Numbered from the whole stretch's first letter, positions 1-13,304 are shown. The stretch is DNA of 62,450 nt, filler included, from Choristocarpus tenellus KU-1152 (GCA_964200185.2; 10 parts of 10 records of this genome joined end to end with filler, not necessarily neighbours in it); one strand, 5' to 3'. Notes: generated by a model not told the origin, from the letters alone. Program-made: numbers and translations.

Positions 1-1083
1 TTATTTATACACACAAGTCTTGGGAACACCAGTTTCTTTAACATCAATGATTTCTCTTTTGTAATCTGGTGGACGAATTGTAATCTAATGACACAACTCC
101 TTCTCTCGCTGACCTCACCACTCTGCCACCAGAAATGGATGAGTTTGAGAATGTTCTGTGCGGTGTGTGGAAGGACCACAAGAGGAGGGACACTAACGAT
201 GTAAGTGCAGTACATTTCCAACCATGTCAGTAAAAACCCAGTATACAGTATTAAGAACGCGCTGTAGATGAAATGCAGCTGCACAGCCATTGACCCTCCA
301 TCGCACACACCGAGTGAAAGAACTTATTCCCTGATAAATAGATCATAAACCGAAACATTATTGGCTGGATATGCCCTTGCCCCAATTGCTGTGGGTCAAG
401 TCAGTTTTGCTTTCTGGAGATTGAAGACACACCACGATGGGTCGTATCCTTGTTGTATGTGGAGTTGAGACCTCAATACAGATGTCTAGGCAGACACGGT
501 GTAACCCAAGGGTATGATAAAGTCTACTCTCATTTTAAGATTATATAACATCTCTGTCGTCGCCCTGTCTTTTTCAATGTTATATAAATCGACGCACAGG
601 GTAAGTTCGATTTTAGGGCTATACGTACATTCACCGTGCTCTGGATTGTAAGCCGTGATGCGGCCATGGGCTCCCTCAAGAACAGTAGCGGATTCAGCCA
701 CAGCTACAGGCTACTGGTAGGTGAGACGAGTGTGTTGGTGCATCATCAGGCACAAAAGGGGTTTAATCTTGTGTGTCAACTCTCAGAAAGAATTACCATA
801 CCTGATCTTTTCAAATCCATCTGTCTTTGCGATGTTTTACCAGGTTCTAATACTTTACTAGAAATAGACTGGTCAACCTTTTTTGGAGAAATACCATTTG
901 CTGGATAAGACTCAATTCCTGGTGACAAAATACCAACTGTGATTGATATAGAAGTAGGGCAAAAGATGTTTTATTACTACTTGTTTCCAGCACACGAAAT
1001 TGTTCCTATCGGGGCGTGCCCCGCGCTTTTCCGCTTGCATCCATTTTTGTATCTTCAGTATACTCCATGTAAAGCAACCTTGG

Positions 1084-1341
1084 GAGTGAAAGTATCTTAG
1101 AGGGTATGAGTTTTGCCCTGTTTGTCCGTTTGGTGCTTGATTTCCCACGGGGTTTTTTATGACATTTTCCTACTCCATAATGTATGGGAGTAGGTAAAAT
1201 GTGTATGTTGTGAGAAGTCGTGTCCAGAACAAGGTTATTGACACTTCCTAACAACACGATAGCCAGAATTACATCAAAATCGCAACATTGGATTTTTGCC
1301 CCCAAACGGACGTGGCTCTACCCTCTAAGATGCTTTGGCTC
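1084..1341 (+). mobile_element. MITE family A copy (TIR GAGTGAAAGTATCTTAGAGGGTA...TACCCTCTAAGATRCTTTGGCTC), Sola-like non-autonomous DNA transposon
   Basis: ~23-bp imperfect TIRs; the internal sequence recurs at 16814, 17105, 17189, 27478 and 34107. No clean TSD at this copy. Confidence 0.85.
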
Positions 1342-2169
1342 AAGGTTTGTATCCGAAGTAGGACCAATCCCGATCATTGAAAAGTGAAGACAAACGAACT
1401 ATAGGACAAGGTATCATCGATTCTGATATGAGCAAACTATAAAGGTGTGGACTAGAACTAAGAATCTTATAGGTGAGTGATAGTTTTGCGGGTAGTATAC
1501 ATGCGTGCGTTCAATGGATGTTGCCTATTCCGTAGTTAGTGCGCAGTCCAATGTTTATGACGAGGGACCCATATTGTTCTCACACCAGGTGGCGACTATC
1601 TCTGCCCTCGCTAGTTTTGTTTTCCAGTCCTTGCACCACATTATTTCCCACTATCCGAAAACACCGTATCCTCGTCCCTCCTTGTGTGTAGGTCCAGAAG
1701 CAGACCAGGATGCAATACGTTGCATGAATGTGCACAGGTGTCTTGGCTGTAAAAGGCTCTTCCATCCTTGGAGAGGACACTCCTCAAGGCCGTAAATGGA
1801 ACGACATCGTGGAGTCAGCCATTAATATATTTGCAGAGAAGGAGACTGAACAATTGTCAGCTGGCACACTCTTCCTGTCCTACGTGATTGGGAACGAAAC
1901 CTTTTCGGAAGAATGGGTAAGCCCCGGATTCTCACAGGAATCGTCTCTAACCCTATGTACAGATGCATATAGTGCTAACGTATCTCCCAAATCATCAAAG
2001 AGAATAAAGGTGATAAACCCAGCGAGATTGCTTGGTGTCTGTAGCGTGACTGATTAGAGTTAAGTGGGGCATGCAGCACCCCATAAAATAAGAAATATTT
2101 CCTTTTATATGAGATTTTTTCTCATACAACTAGTCACTAGTTAAACGTTTCTGATAACTCAACCACTAA

Positions 2170-2585
2170 TTGATTGTTCCGTTACTCCATAGATATTTTA
2201 CCGTAACTGTTCGATAGAGTTGGAAGAGTCTAATCGAACACCCTCCCTAGCTCAAACAACTCTTGAGAACTTACAAGAAAACAATTATGGATCCTAGGAG
2301 ACTCCTCAGACCAATCCTGTATGAAAAGAAAACAACCAGCTATTGAACTCACTGAAAATAAATAAATCCAAACAAACACACTCAAATTCAGCAAGAAACA
2401 AATCACTAAACATAGTCCAAATTTAGCAAAGCCCCTGCATGCCTCCAAAAGGATACTTCTGCTAAAGGCTTGGTCAAGACATCTGCATGCTGCTTATCTG
2501 AAGTAGCATGAACAATCCTTATTTGTCCATTTGCTATCAAGTCCCTCAGGAAATGATGCCGTTCATCTATATGCTTTGTCCTACC
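2170..2585 (-). mobile_element. Ty1/copia LTR retrotransposon 3' end (RNase H C-terminus, PPT, start of 3' LTR)
   Basis: Minus strand 2585-2406 reads GRTKHIDERHHFLRDLIANGQIRIVHATSDKQHADVLTKPL...*, the copia RNase H motif. A purine tract (AGGGAGGG) precedes the LTR start TGTTCGATTAG at 2240; the same LTR sequence recurs at 19940-20010. Confidence 0.92.
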
Positions 2586-2685
2586 NNNNNNNNNNNNNNN
2601 NNNNNNNNNNNNNNNNNNNNNNNNNNNNNTTAATTAATTAANNNNNNNNNNNNNNNNNNNNNNNNNNNNNNNNNNNNNNNNNNNN
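2586..2685. other. Artificial contig-joining spacer N44-TTAATTAATTAA-N44 (also 7059-7158, 9731-9830, 13891-13990, 19840-19939, 29479-29578, 32349-32448, 35905-36004, 56792-56891)
   Basis: Nine identical 100-nt blocks whose core places stops in all six frames. Confidence 0.97.
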
Positions 2686-2766
2686 TCCCAGTCAATTTTG
2701 GGTCAAGTCCATCCTCAATGAAAAGCTCCATCCTCAATTTTTGAAATCGACTGTTAACTCCGCACA

Positions 2767-3019
2767 GAGCCACAGCAAACGAGGGGCATCCAGATTTTGG
2801 CAGTTTTACATATTAAGCCAGCTCTTTGATCTAGTTCAATGCAACCATATTTCTATATGTGAAGTGCTAAATTTGACTTGAGAAAGATAATTTCTCTGTT
2901 GTTGAGACTTTCTCCAAAATTCAGAAAATATCCTCCTCCATCTATAAAACAAGACAAATTTTGCACATATTTTTCAGCATCCTTCAATGAAATTCTGGTA
3001 CTCTCAATTACTTCAGCTC
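2767..3019 (+). mobile_element. MITE family C copy (old, diverged)
   Basis: Termini GAGCCACAGCAAACGAGGGG...GGTACTCTCAATTACTTCAGCTC. Internal blocks (GAAGTGCTAA, AATTCAGAAAATATCCT, AAATTTTGCACAT) are shared with 48150-48412 and ~50659-50910. Confidence 0.65.
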
Positions 3020-3837
3020 TCATCTCTTCTTGCGATGCTATCCGTCTGTTCTCTTAACGTCCACGGATGCGTGAACCTTCGTATATTCTCTTGATTGATG
3101 AAGGGTTCGGCACCCACCAGTGTGGAAATACCGCCTTGAGGGGATACGGACACAGCAACAACGGGGAGAGTAAGGGATAGGAGGGAAACAAGAATGCTCG
3201 TGGCTTGAGTTCTTCGAACCCCTGCAAAGTAAGAGATGAGCCAATATAATGGACATGCTGCTGCTACCAGTACAAAGGTAGGAACTGCTGTAGTAGTACG
3301 GTCAAGATAGGTGTTGTATAATGATTAGAAGTACTACCACACCACCACTCACTGTTAATTAGTCGTAACGTTACTACCATCAATGGTCACTACAAGTGAC
3401 AAATTATGAAAACCACTATCCATTCGAGCACTTTCAAGAAGAATGACAAGGATGGCAATCAGACAGTGTTGGTACCGATGAGATTGGTGAGATAAAAGGT
3501 ACAACAATTGCGGAAGAATCATGGAGAAGAAACGACGAATAGAACAAATACTGGAACATGATATATATTCATGTGTTTTCAACGCTATTAACAGAAACTT
3601 ACGAGGTTCGAAGTATATTATATTGAAAATAATTGTTCACCACCATTATTTGCAAGGAAAGGATGTATGTGGGGAAGTGTCAAGGTGCTAAGGCTCTCTG
3701 CAAAATGGGGCAATCAAAATCACCAGATTGAACTCTTCCACCTTAGAGGGCGAGACCGAGTTTCTCAGGTCTTCGCCCAGCATCCCAACGTCAATGAGGC
3801 AATTCACAACAGAACCGAAACCTTAGTGCACAACTGA

Positions 3838-4084
3838 TGTCACAGAATATCTGAGCAACGTCACAGCAGGAAAATGGATCGGTCATAATCGGAATGGTTC
3901 TTCGTTCTGACAGTGCTTCTGACTGCTTGGACAAACCTGGATCTTGGGTGTGTCTGGTTTTGTGGACTGGTAAATATATGGGCAGGTTTAATGACCTAGT
4001 TGGCGTGCGCATATGTATAATACTGCGCGCTATATCCACAAAATATGTGTGTGGGAGAACCCAAAAAGGGACCTGTCGCTGACA
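3838..4084 (-). repeat. 3' LTR of the gypsy element (~247 bp, TGTCA...TGACA termini)
   Basis: Begins TGTCAGCG on the minus strand immediately after the PPT (4085-4099); TGTCAC at 3838 gives an inverted terminus. The 3838 boundary is inferred from the motif only. Confidence 0.65.
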
Positions 4085-4490
4085 TACCTCCCCCCTCAGT
4101 ATGGATTCCATCCGACACAAACACAAAAGTGACTGCCCAGCACTTTATGTCGGACGGGTCCGTATTTGGGAGGAAAAAGTGAAAAGGTGGAGCACTAGTG
4201 GTGATCAGCCCTAGGTGGCATTCTAGTCCAAGAGAAAAAAAATGTGTTGAAGGGTGGAAAGTGTAGTGAGAAAAACGATGTGGGCCTACCTGTCTCATAC
4301 ATGCCCCCAGTGATCTGAGTGGGTGAAACTCAGTATCTAACCACACCTTTGGTACATCAAGTCGTCTATTGGGGAGTGTTGTGGGGATAGTGTCAAAAGT
4401 GATTGGAAAACTAATCATATCTTACTGTCACCTCTTGGTAGAATAACTTGCCTCCAAGGTGCTTGGACAACCAAAAAGTTGGACTAAAAA

Positions 4491-4543
4491 TATTTGTTGT
4501 ATGTGACATTTGTTGTATGTGACATTTGTTGTATGTGCATTTG
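4491..4543. repeat. Short tandem repeat, ~3 x 16 bp (CATTTGTTGTATGTGA)
   Basis: Directly visible; lies in the gypsy 3' non-coding region. Confidence 0.8.
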
Positions 4544-5425
4544 CTTGTATGTTGAAAAATATTACACTACTACTACATCTTTTAATATTTTCAATAATAC
4601 GCATGCTTCTCACAGATAGGACCAACCTGTGTTTGTGTTTCCGGATAAGAGCTACCTTTCTACCCCACAAGCTCTGAGTCGTCTGATAGATACGCTCGAA
4701 GTACCACCCAGACTGAGCCATGGCATGGTCTTCAAGAATTTATTGGGATCTCTTCTGCCATCTTGTTAGTGAAAGAGAATTATCTTCCCTATCTGTGGAA
4801 TCTGGTGGCAACTCACCAGGCCCGGCAACCCACTAGTATAGAGGCATTCATCGCACCTTCCGGTTCACAAGGAGGGATATCACAAGTATCAGGGGAGACT
4901 TGGTTGCTTGTAGGTGGGTGTCCGGTTGGTGGTAATTCACGTTCCTCGGCTGTTGTAGTGGCAGGGTGTCTTTCTATTGTAAGTCGCTTGTTCAGTGGGT
5001 CTTACATTAGGGAGGTCCAACTTGTTCTCTTCCCTATAAACTCCGATATCTCTGAACATTCAGATATTTCAGCGGATTTGCGGCATACATCACTGGCTGG
5101 TGAATATCCTTGAAGGCGAAGCTGGTATAAATAATTGCGAGTGGTCTTTCTTCCCACACCTCGCTTGTGGTCAACAGAGCCCTCTCTCTACATTGTAAGA
5201 CCCAATAGATGGCTGTATCTTTGACCCCGGATCAAGATTTGGTTCTGGCCTGAAAAAAGTGAGTAAAGGGTATCTATGTGAGGTTTAGTGGCTGCTCCTT
5301 CCTTAAAGGGTGTAAGTCTGGTCACATGAACTGTCAGTTCACATCGGTCTTCCAAGCGCTTTACGCAATAAACAATGGGTGTTAAACGTGCCTTCAATTC
5401 ATAAGGTCCTCTCCGTGGGGATAAT

Positions 5426-5857
5426 TGTTACAGGCGAATAGCGCGAGTATTTCTTCCCGCGCTTTAACCGGCGCGAGCAGAATACGCGCGAGGGGAACCT
5501 CAAAAGGGGGAACTCCGATTTGCCTAAAAGTTGCAGAATAATCTGTAGCTCGGGTAGTTGCCAAGGTTTCTCCGATATATATTCCAGTACTTGTAAAGCC
5601 GAATAAGCCCCAAACGATACATGATGATTAGAGTTCCTAATAACGGCTCAAAACGGCTCAAAACGGCTCAGTTCTTCTGACCCCCCAAAAGACCCAACGC
5701 ATTCACTCTGTATCTGATATCGAAAATTATACATATTTTTTATGCTGATTGATTCATTTGAGAGTACCCCTGTTCTGCTGAGCTGACGTTCGTTAATATG
5801 TGAATTGGACTTGACTGTACATCCTGTGGAGGTGAGCATTGAGGGGCGTCTGTAACA
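5426..5857. mobile_element. Solo LTR (432 bp) inserted in the gypsy integrase C-terminal region
   Basis: Termini TGTTACAG...CTGTAACA; flanked by direct repeat TAAT (5422-5425, 5858-5861); splits DKVWRYKPHTSA from LSPRRGPY; the same LTR end occurs in the opposite orientation at 19734-19839; internal 3x AAAACGGCTC repeat. Confidence 0.85.
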
Positions 5858-7400
5858 TAATAGCTGAAGTATGTGGTTTGTAACGCCACACTTTATCTTC
5901 GTGCTTGTACAGTGGGAGTATATGGTTCACATTGTTAGAGTTATTCTTCAGTGCCATCTCACAAATGTTACACAGGGTCAGTTCATAAGCTAGTTGTAAA
6001 TCTTCGACTATTCTCGTACTGTATTCTTGTACGGTTATTAAGTGGCCTCAGGGACCCCCAAAATAAAATCAATTGGTAAGATTTGAGTGCCTTCCAAAAT
6101 GAGAAATAATGGAGTTTCCTGAACAGTACTATTATAGACTGCATTCTGTGCTAGCTGTACAAAGGGCAATAATGAAGCCCATTCAGAATGGTTCATACTC
6201 GAATACATGGCCAGCATATCATGCATCGTGGAATGAATTCGTTCATATATACTATTGCCTTCGGGTTGTTATGCCGTGATCTTGACCTTATGATGCCCAT
6301 ACACTTTACGCAACTCAGCCAGGAGTTTATTATCATTTTTTTTGCCTTAGAGTGGAGTGTTTCAGGAGGACCAAAATGGAAAAAGACGATCGACTAGAGG
6401 TTTAGCCAGGGTTTTTCTTGCTTACTTGCAATGCCAACCAAGATTGCGAATCTTGTAAGATTGTCTACGGCGGATAACACATATTTTGCACCGTCTGACG
6501 TCGTCTTGCATTTAACTAGGTCAATAGCAAGCCGTTGAAACGGACGTGGAACAGGCATTTGTCCGTAGGTAGTGGAGTAGGAGTATGATTGGGCTTCAGT
6601 CTTTGACCTGACTGCCAATTTTCAGAGCATTTCCTCATATCTTTATGTAAGGTCAGACACCAAAATCAGTCTCTCACGCGGTCAAACGTGTGCTTGAAAG
6701 CAAGATGGCCTGCAACTAGGGTCTGCCAGGTATAGAAAATATGCTCCAAACTGATCCTGTTGGGCTTCGGCTAGGACTTCAGTATCAATTACTGGAAAAA
6801 TATTGATGGAGCTAACAATGAGCTCAGAGCCCTTTGCTACCCTCATGATTTCACCTGATCGATCCACAGACAATCCATTGACTGGATATCCCCTACTTGC
6901 TTGAGACGTTGCGTAAGTGGTTTCTGTGCCCACGTTTCGACATATAGGGGTTAAGGGACCTGGTTCCGATTAATGTTTACAGAACTCTCCAGTTGAGGAC
7001 GTAACAACATGTAACAGGGGATTCGCAAAATTGAGGGAGGAGCGGGACTATGAGGAACNNNNNNNNNNNNNNNNNNNNNNNNNNNNNNNNNNNNNNNNNN
7101 NNTTAATTAATTAANNNNNNNNNNNNNNNNNNNNNNNNNNNNNNNNNNNNNNNNNNNNCAAACATTCACAGTACAGCAGGCTCTGACAAACAACAAACCC
7201 ACAAGGAAAAGAGAACTATTCAAGTCTCTATTCAGATTCCACAGCAACTCGCCACCCTGGTAATGACCAATACCAAGGGAATGCTTTCCTCAGTCATAAC
7301 ACACACAAGCCCCCACAAATACCCCCCTGCCCTCCATCCCTCGCTCTGCTCTCTCCCCACCCCAACAACTAACTTCATAAACCTTCAACAATATGATAAC

Positions 7401-9352
7401 CTTCTCATTATACTCGAGACTGTGCCCCTCCTCTGCAACTCCTCTCAGTGCTGAAGTCAGCCTGCTGTTTCCCTTCAGAGCCTGAACAGCCTCATCCCCG
7501 GACATAACCAGGTTGAACACCAACTCAACTGCCAAAACACGCAACTCATCACCCACATGCTCTGACCCCAAATCCCCAACCACCCTTCCCCTTCCCCTCC
7601 CCCTCCCATGACTCTTGGAACCCACTGCAGCAGACACACCACCCCTACCCCAACCCCAGCCCCACCCCCTGGCCCTCCTGTCCTCTGCATGCCGTTGCAA
7701 CAGCCGCTTTGCAGTCACTTCCTCCTCCAGAGTACTATCATCCTTCCACCAATCACGACCCTCTGCCCTTGCCTTGGACTTCTTTTCTGCACTGACTTCC
7801 CCCCCAGGGTCAGCCACGGCAGTCACCTCACCAGCCCCCATGGCAACTCCACTCTGTTTCAAAGTGGCACCAACAAGAGCAACCCTAGAGCCAGTCACAG
7901 GTGTATGTTCCTCTGAGAAAGGTGAATTGAGCCTGGAAGGGTTCAGTCGAGGAAAGGGGATGCGGGAAAGTATCCCCCCAAGGACTCCCTGGTGTGCCAC
8001 CACCTGTCCCCTATCCGACCTGTGTGGGAATTCCATGATGGAAGCAAGGTGGGCTCCAACATTATTCTCATCAGGGACTCCGTCCTGAGCAAGAGGGAAG
8101 GGGAGGGGATAAAGATGCACGTGAAGGGTGTGGGGCAGTGCAATGCATTTGGGGCGTGGGAATAGGTTCCGAAAAGGAGTTGGATGTCCTGAAACCACAC
8201 GAAGGCAGTAAGATTTACTTAAAAGTAGTGTGGAGTACTTAATGGCTTACAGCTAGTGAGGAACACCCAACAATCACAGTTGTACTTCCATGTACACCGA
8301 GCAAAGTTGAGACCAAGGCAGCCAACTCTCAATGTATCTATTCTTGGGAAAAAGCAAGGGTTTGGAATGAGACTTTTTTCTCACAGAAAAAAAGTGAAAA
8401 AAAAAAAATCCCTCTCAAAATCACGAGGTATCCGCCCTTCTCCTCCTCTCTAGGAACATTATTGAGCACTTCCTTGGGGCCTAACATGCACATCATGATG
8501 TTGAATCACCTGACCCTCATCCTTGAGAATCGCATCCACGACGGCAGGGTCGCTCTGAACAAGTGTGATCAAACCCTTCAGGGCTCGCTTTCGAAGATCA
8601 GGTCTAACGTCCTCACCCAGACCCCGTACAAGATGCCCCACTCCAATCTGCAGACATCAACAATAACCAGAACGTTGGGTGGTTCGAAAGGAATTCAGAA
8701 CAGAAAAAAGGGAGGAAAGGTCAGCAGCCTGGGGAAGTTCTCAAATCAAGAAGTAGACTTCTCCCCCACTTCTCTGCTCCTGTTGAGGTCTTAATTACAG
8801 GCAGCCCTTGCGCCATGTTGAGGCAGGCTGTATTCTGTATTATGTATTATGCTGCATGTGAAATACGCTCTCTGTCAACTATTGGTTCCTAGCAAAGATG
8901 CTTTGCCTCTCAGACCGAAGTTTGTGATGAAATACGAAGTAGTATACAAGGGGTCATCTATCACATATTTTTTAATGGACCAATACGATTGGAATTTTTT
9001 CTTTTTCTGAAGACAAAAACGTACCCCTCCCTGCTTCCACCCCAATGCCACAGTCCAACATATGCCTAAAAAATATTTACGTACTTGGTACCACAATGGC
9101 AAACCGGAGTACAAATAAGTACACAGAGGTACCCACATCACCAAAAACAATACAAAAACAAGCATGTACGCAAGCCAAAGCCCCTTCAACCCTCCCATTA
9201 CAACAAATCCCCCCTCAGCCTCCCAATCTGGGGCATGAAACTAACCTCCTTAACCATGATTTGTGCTGCCCCCCTCCCAGCCCCTGCCGACAGCCCTGCA
9301 AGACAAGACAGCTCCAGTAGGCGTTTCTCTGGTTCCAGGCCCAGGAGGTCCG
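7401..9352 (-). CDS. Partial spliced gene, ARM/HEAT-like helical protein (exons 9352-9246, 8647-8510, 8084-7401)
   Basis: Three AG/GT-bounded exons join in phase 0 without stops: DLLGLEPEKRLLELSCLAG...IMVKE | IGVGHLVRGLGEDVRPDLRKRALKGLITLVQSDPAVVDAILKDEGQ | DGVPDENNVGAHLASIMEF...DELRVLAVELVFNLVMSGDEAVQALK. Amphipathic helices suggest ARM/HEAT; the family is not recognised. Confidence 0.7.
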
Positions 9353-9830
9353 CTGTAACAGGGGGGTAGGAGCGCACTCTATTGCTGCTATGTGCACGAG
9401 ATCAACAGGGGGGTCTGGAGGTTGGGGGTATGTATTTCCGACAACAGCAATGAAATATATCAGGTGTTGCAACTTTTTTTCTTGGAGTGACAGAAAATAT
9501 GACCATCACTACCAAAGCAGGTAGCTGCACCAAAAGAGCCTCTTGATCGTGAATAATCATAAATCAACACAGAAGATAGCCGTTTATACAGAGCAACTAC
9601 TGCCTGTTGTATGATTATCAAGAGTCTCTGTGCAGCAAGAAACGATAGGGGGGGGGGGGGGGGGGAAAATATATCGGTAAGGGGGAAAAAAAAAAAAGGA
9701 AGAAAAAAAAAAAAGGGGATAAAACAAGAANNNNNNNNNNNNNNNNNNNNNNNNNNNNNNNNNNNNNNNNNNNNTTAATTAATTAANNNNNNNNNNNNNN
9801 NNNNNNNNNNNNNNNNNNNNNNNNNNNNNN

Positions 9831-9960
9831 TCTGGTCTACGCCAGGGTGTCCATTTACATTATCCATCCGACGTATGCAACCAAATCACCCAAAAATTGC
9901 GACATGGAAAAAATGAACCCCAAATGGACACCCGCCACCCCCCCCCAGATACTTTGAACC
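9831..9960 (-). mobile_element. MITE family B fragment (TIR CCCCCCAGATACTTTGAACC), cut by gap
   Basis: Reverse-complement match to 49442-49620. Confidence 0.75.
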
Positions 9961-10170
9961 AGGAGTACGTGGAGGTACCTCCCTTTGCCTGTGTAGAACT
10001 CAACATCCATCTTTGATTCAAAGCCCAAAACCACAACACTGACCCTTCGACTTCGACCTTCAACCCCCTCCCACCTTACTTCATTGTTTTTTTTGTGTTG
10101 GTGTCGGAGTTTATGACCTCTTTTGAGAAGACTTACCCACTTCCATATGGAACAACCGTCTCTTGTTTAA

Positions 10171-10860
10171 TTTTTTTTTAATGCCCTTCGACATTTTGCA
10201 GATGTGTCAGGGGGGAAATCAATGAAAACCATACACATTGAAAGTACAAGCCCTGAAGAAATAAAATGTCATAAAAGCGAAAGATACTAATCCATTTGTT
10301 ACTTCACCACTATCTATGTTGTACTACTGCGTTCTTGAGTCTCCAATCTATCTATACCTGTATCCCGGGGGGAGGAGCTATGGAGGCCTCCCAAGAATCC
10401 AATAAACCCCTCTGTGCCCATCTCCCTGGTGATTCCAGATTAAGACGCATGACAAATCTAGACAGTGCCACTTGCGTAATTACTGAGACAATTTGGCGCA
10501 GCCGGGATTTAGCTACTCCTTTCCTGCTATATCCTCCCGCTCCTCTCCCCCCTACAATGTGAGGAGCCAGCTGATCCAGGAAGTATTCTGCTTGCTTGCC
10601 GAGGCACCTAAAACTTTCCACCGCGAAGTTGTTGAGGCTATAACTACGAGGATCAAAAGAACCTTCATAGCGGGTGCGCTTTCGCGCCTCAGCTGCAGCA
10701 GTAGCAGCTACACAATTGCTGGTGGATGAGTGTGCAAGATGGGAGGAGGCCTGCACTTCTGCAATGTAACATCAAGCAGAAGGTCCTCATCCCGGTAGGG
10801 AGCTGTTCCAGAGTCTGCCAGTGCCCCTGCATGGAAAACTAGATCCACGTTGCTGATTAG
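10171..10860 (-). mobile_element. 5'-truncated non-LTR retrotransposon with restriction-like endonuclease C-terminus (CRE-like)
   Basis: VDLVFH...LLLDVT / AAAEARKRTRYEG...FAVESFRCLGKQAEYFLDQLA...RLRQIVSVITQ, typical of the RLE (PD-(D/E)xK) tail. The 3' UTR is shared with the 15975-16630 copy and ends in an A-tail (10171-10179). Confidence 0.8.
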
Positions 10861-12353
10861 CTTGGTACTAATTCTGCTGATGGAGTGGGAATATAGACAT
10901 GACTACTACGTTGAGCAGCGCATGCATATGCATAGAAAATAGGGTAGGTATTTTCTAAGTGAACCCCCAACTAAAATCTAGACAGGATGTCGGTGAAGCG
11001 TCAAGACATTTACGTATATAATAGTATCAGGAATTTGAAACTTTCCTTCCGCTCTCTCTTGCGAGTTAGTAGCTACTTTACCGTACTACTGGTAAATAAA
11101 CCACCAAAACCCTTCTCTAATGTTGAGGTTTTACGATATATTGTTGTATGTGGAGAGATAGTTCACTCTCCTTGAGAAGCAGCCAACTCCAGACGCTGCA
11201 CGTGCCGAACCTGTGTTACTTCTCTGAGTATACGCAAGAATATTTGTGTTTACGACTTAGCTCATCCGATAAGAGAGAGCAACCTCACACAGGTGGTGTT
11301 CGGTCATTCATTGCACGTAGGTCACTCCTTTCCTTCCTTGTAGAACTTCACCTGGCAGTAGCAGTAGCAGTAGCAGTAGCCCACCATGAATATCGTCTTC
11401 CAAAATTTGTGGACTCATCATTGTTCATCACAGTTTTTGAACTTAAATAAAGCCTTCATAGTAAGCAAAAAAGGCAAGGAGGGAGCAGGGCCTGCCACTT
11501 TGACTATGCGCGACTATACGCAATAAGCTTAAAAAAGAGTACAGCAATCGTCTGAACAGAATATGTCAAAAGCAATATGTGGAAAAAGTAGTACGCCATG
11601 TGTATATGATGATGTTCGCGCCCTCCAATTCTGGGCACACTCTTACTCAGTTGTGGGTCTTAAAATTCGCATATTATTTCCTTGCTTCGTTTATCATTAG
11701 ATAGAACAGTAGCATTATAGTATACCCACTACTACTAATAGAACGGCAGCAAACCGTCCTTTCAAAACACGTATATATATATATATATTCAAAAAACATA
11801 AAATAACAAACACGTCCGTCTGTGCCGCGACCCATAGGTAGTCAACCAGGCGTTAACGCAACTTATAATACTTGGGAGGTTACTAGTATTAATAGTAATA
11901 AAATAATATATTACGACTGTCTCTGGTAGCACAACAGGTAGGTAAGGAACACACCACATACATCATGCTTGAATGCTATATATGTGCTAACACTTCACTT
12001 GGATCTTGGCCATATGAGCCAGATATATGAGCCAGAAATGACAGAGCTTACGGAGGAGGGATATACCCGCTCCCCACATAGGCTGAAGCCTGCCTAGTGG
12101 AGGAGATCACAGACACGCAGATGCACCATCACCTCTTAGGAGATCACAAAACAAACGCCGCTCTAACACAAAAGATCACAAAGCATAGAAGCAATAGACA
12201 ACAAGGTAACAATAGCCCTCTCACTCTTCTCCGCATTACAACATGAACAAAAGGGTACCTCTTGTGCTGCATAGTCCATCATCAGAACACAAAAATCGAA
12301 GCTACACACTTCACCCAGTTAGTCTATCACTGCTGGCTGCGTTTGCGGCTGCC

Positions 12354-12355
<2 letters not shown>

Positions 12356-12393
<38 letters not shown>

Positions 12394-12737
12394 ACCCCCC
12401 CCCCCCCAACACCCCCACACCACACCCAACACACCCCCCCCACCACCCCCCCNNNNNNNNNNAACCAAGCACTCCCCCCCTTCCAGCTTCTGCAGTTCCC
12501 CCCTGGCTCCCGCTTCCGCGCACCCCCCCCCCCCCCCCCCCCCCCCTAATTACTGTACTATATAGAGATATCAACACACCCACATCCAAGCTGTAGTTGC
12601 ACCTTTCCCACCATGCCAACAACACCTAGCTAACAAGCCCCATCTGTCGAAGACCAACACAATCATGCTAAATTCTTGCCACTTCATGCTGTACTACTGC
12701 TAAGCTCAACAAATAAAAAAAGTCACACGAGCTCTTG

Positions 12738-12802
<65 letters not shown>

Positions 12803-13304
12803 CCCGGGGGGGGGCGCGGGGGGGGGGGGGGGGGGGGGGTGGGGGGGGGGGGGGTCCTGGCAAAAAAAAAAAAATCATCACCCTGCGCCCCACGCAAAGA
12901 GAGCTGGGTGGCATTCCCACTCATTCCAGAAGACTAAGCAGAAGCTGTACAAATCGTTCCATGAAAATAGAGATGAAATCGCTCAAAACTAACGTAACAG
13001 GGAAGACACACACTATTCCCACTCCGCCTGGACTCAAGTTCAATGTCCAATGACAATTCAAAAATAGCCCACTTTCCTTCTTCTTTACCCTTCCTCCCTC
13101 ATCCTTGAAAGCAAGCCTGTTCAATTAAAGATGCCAAACATGACCAAAAAATCGAAATCTTAATATGCTCTGATTATTGTTCAGCATTTCTTGCCATCTT
13201 TTTCACAGAGAGGGTACTTGGTGTGATGTATGATAGTAGGGCAGGGGGGGGNNNNNNNNNNTTTTTTTTTTTTTTCTTTCTCTTTTTTTTTAGAGGGGGG
13301 GGGT

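Larger units (their letters stand above)
3838..6950 (-). mobile_element. Decayed Ty3/gypsy chromovirus-like LTR retrotransposon, 3' half (integrase, GPY motif, chromodomain, PPT, 3' LTR)
   Basis: Integrase core PRPFQRLAIDLV...KYVLSAVDNLTRFAI (6394-6618) and MLAMYSSMNHSEWASLLPFVQLAQNAVYNSTVQETPLFLI (6038-6226); LSPRRGPYELKARLTPIVY...VHVTRL (~5424-5300); chromodomain-like YNVER/VDHKR...NYLYQLRLQGYSPASD (~5200-5085); PPT GAGGGGGGAGGTA adjoining the LTR. Multiple frameshifts and stops. Confidence 0.9.

Noticed and set aside
2586-2685. Recurrent palindromic TTAATTAATTAA as a biological repeat
   Set aside because: Always embedded in identical N44 blocks; an assembly spacer.
3020-3222. Possible minus-strand exon (VRRTQATSILVSLLSLTLPVAV...) abutting a MITE
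   Set aside because: An acceptor and an open frame are present, but no recognisable domain or partner exon; not supportable.
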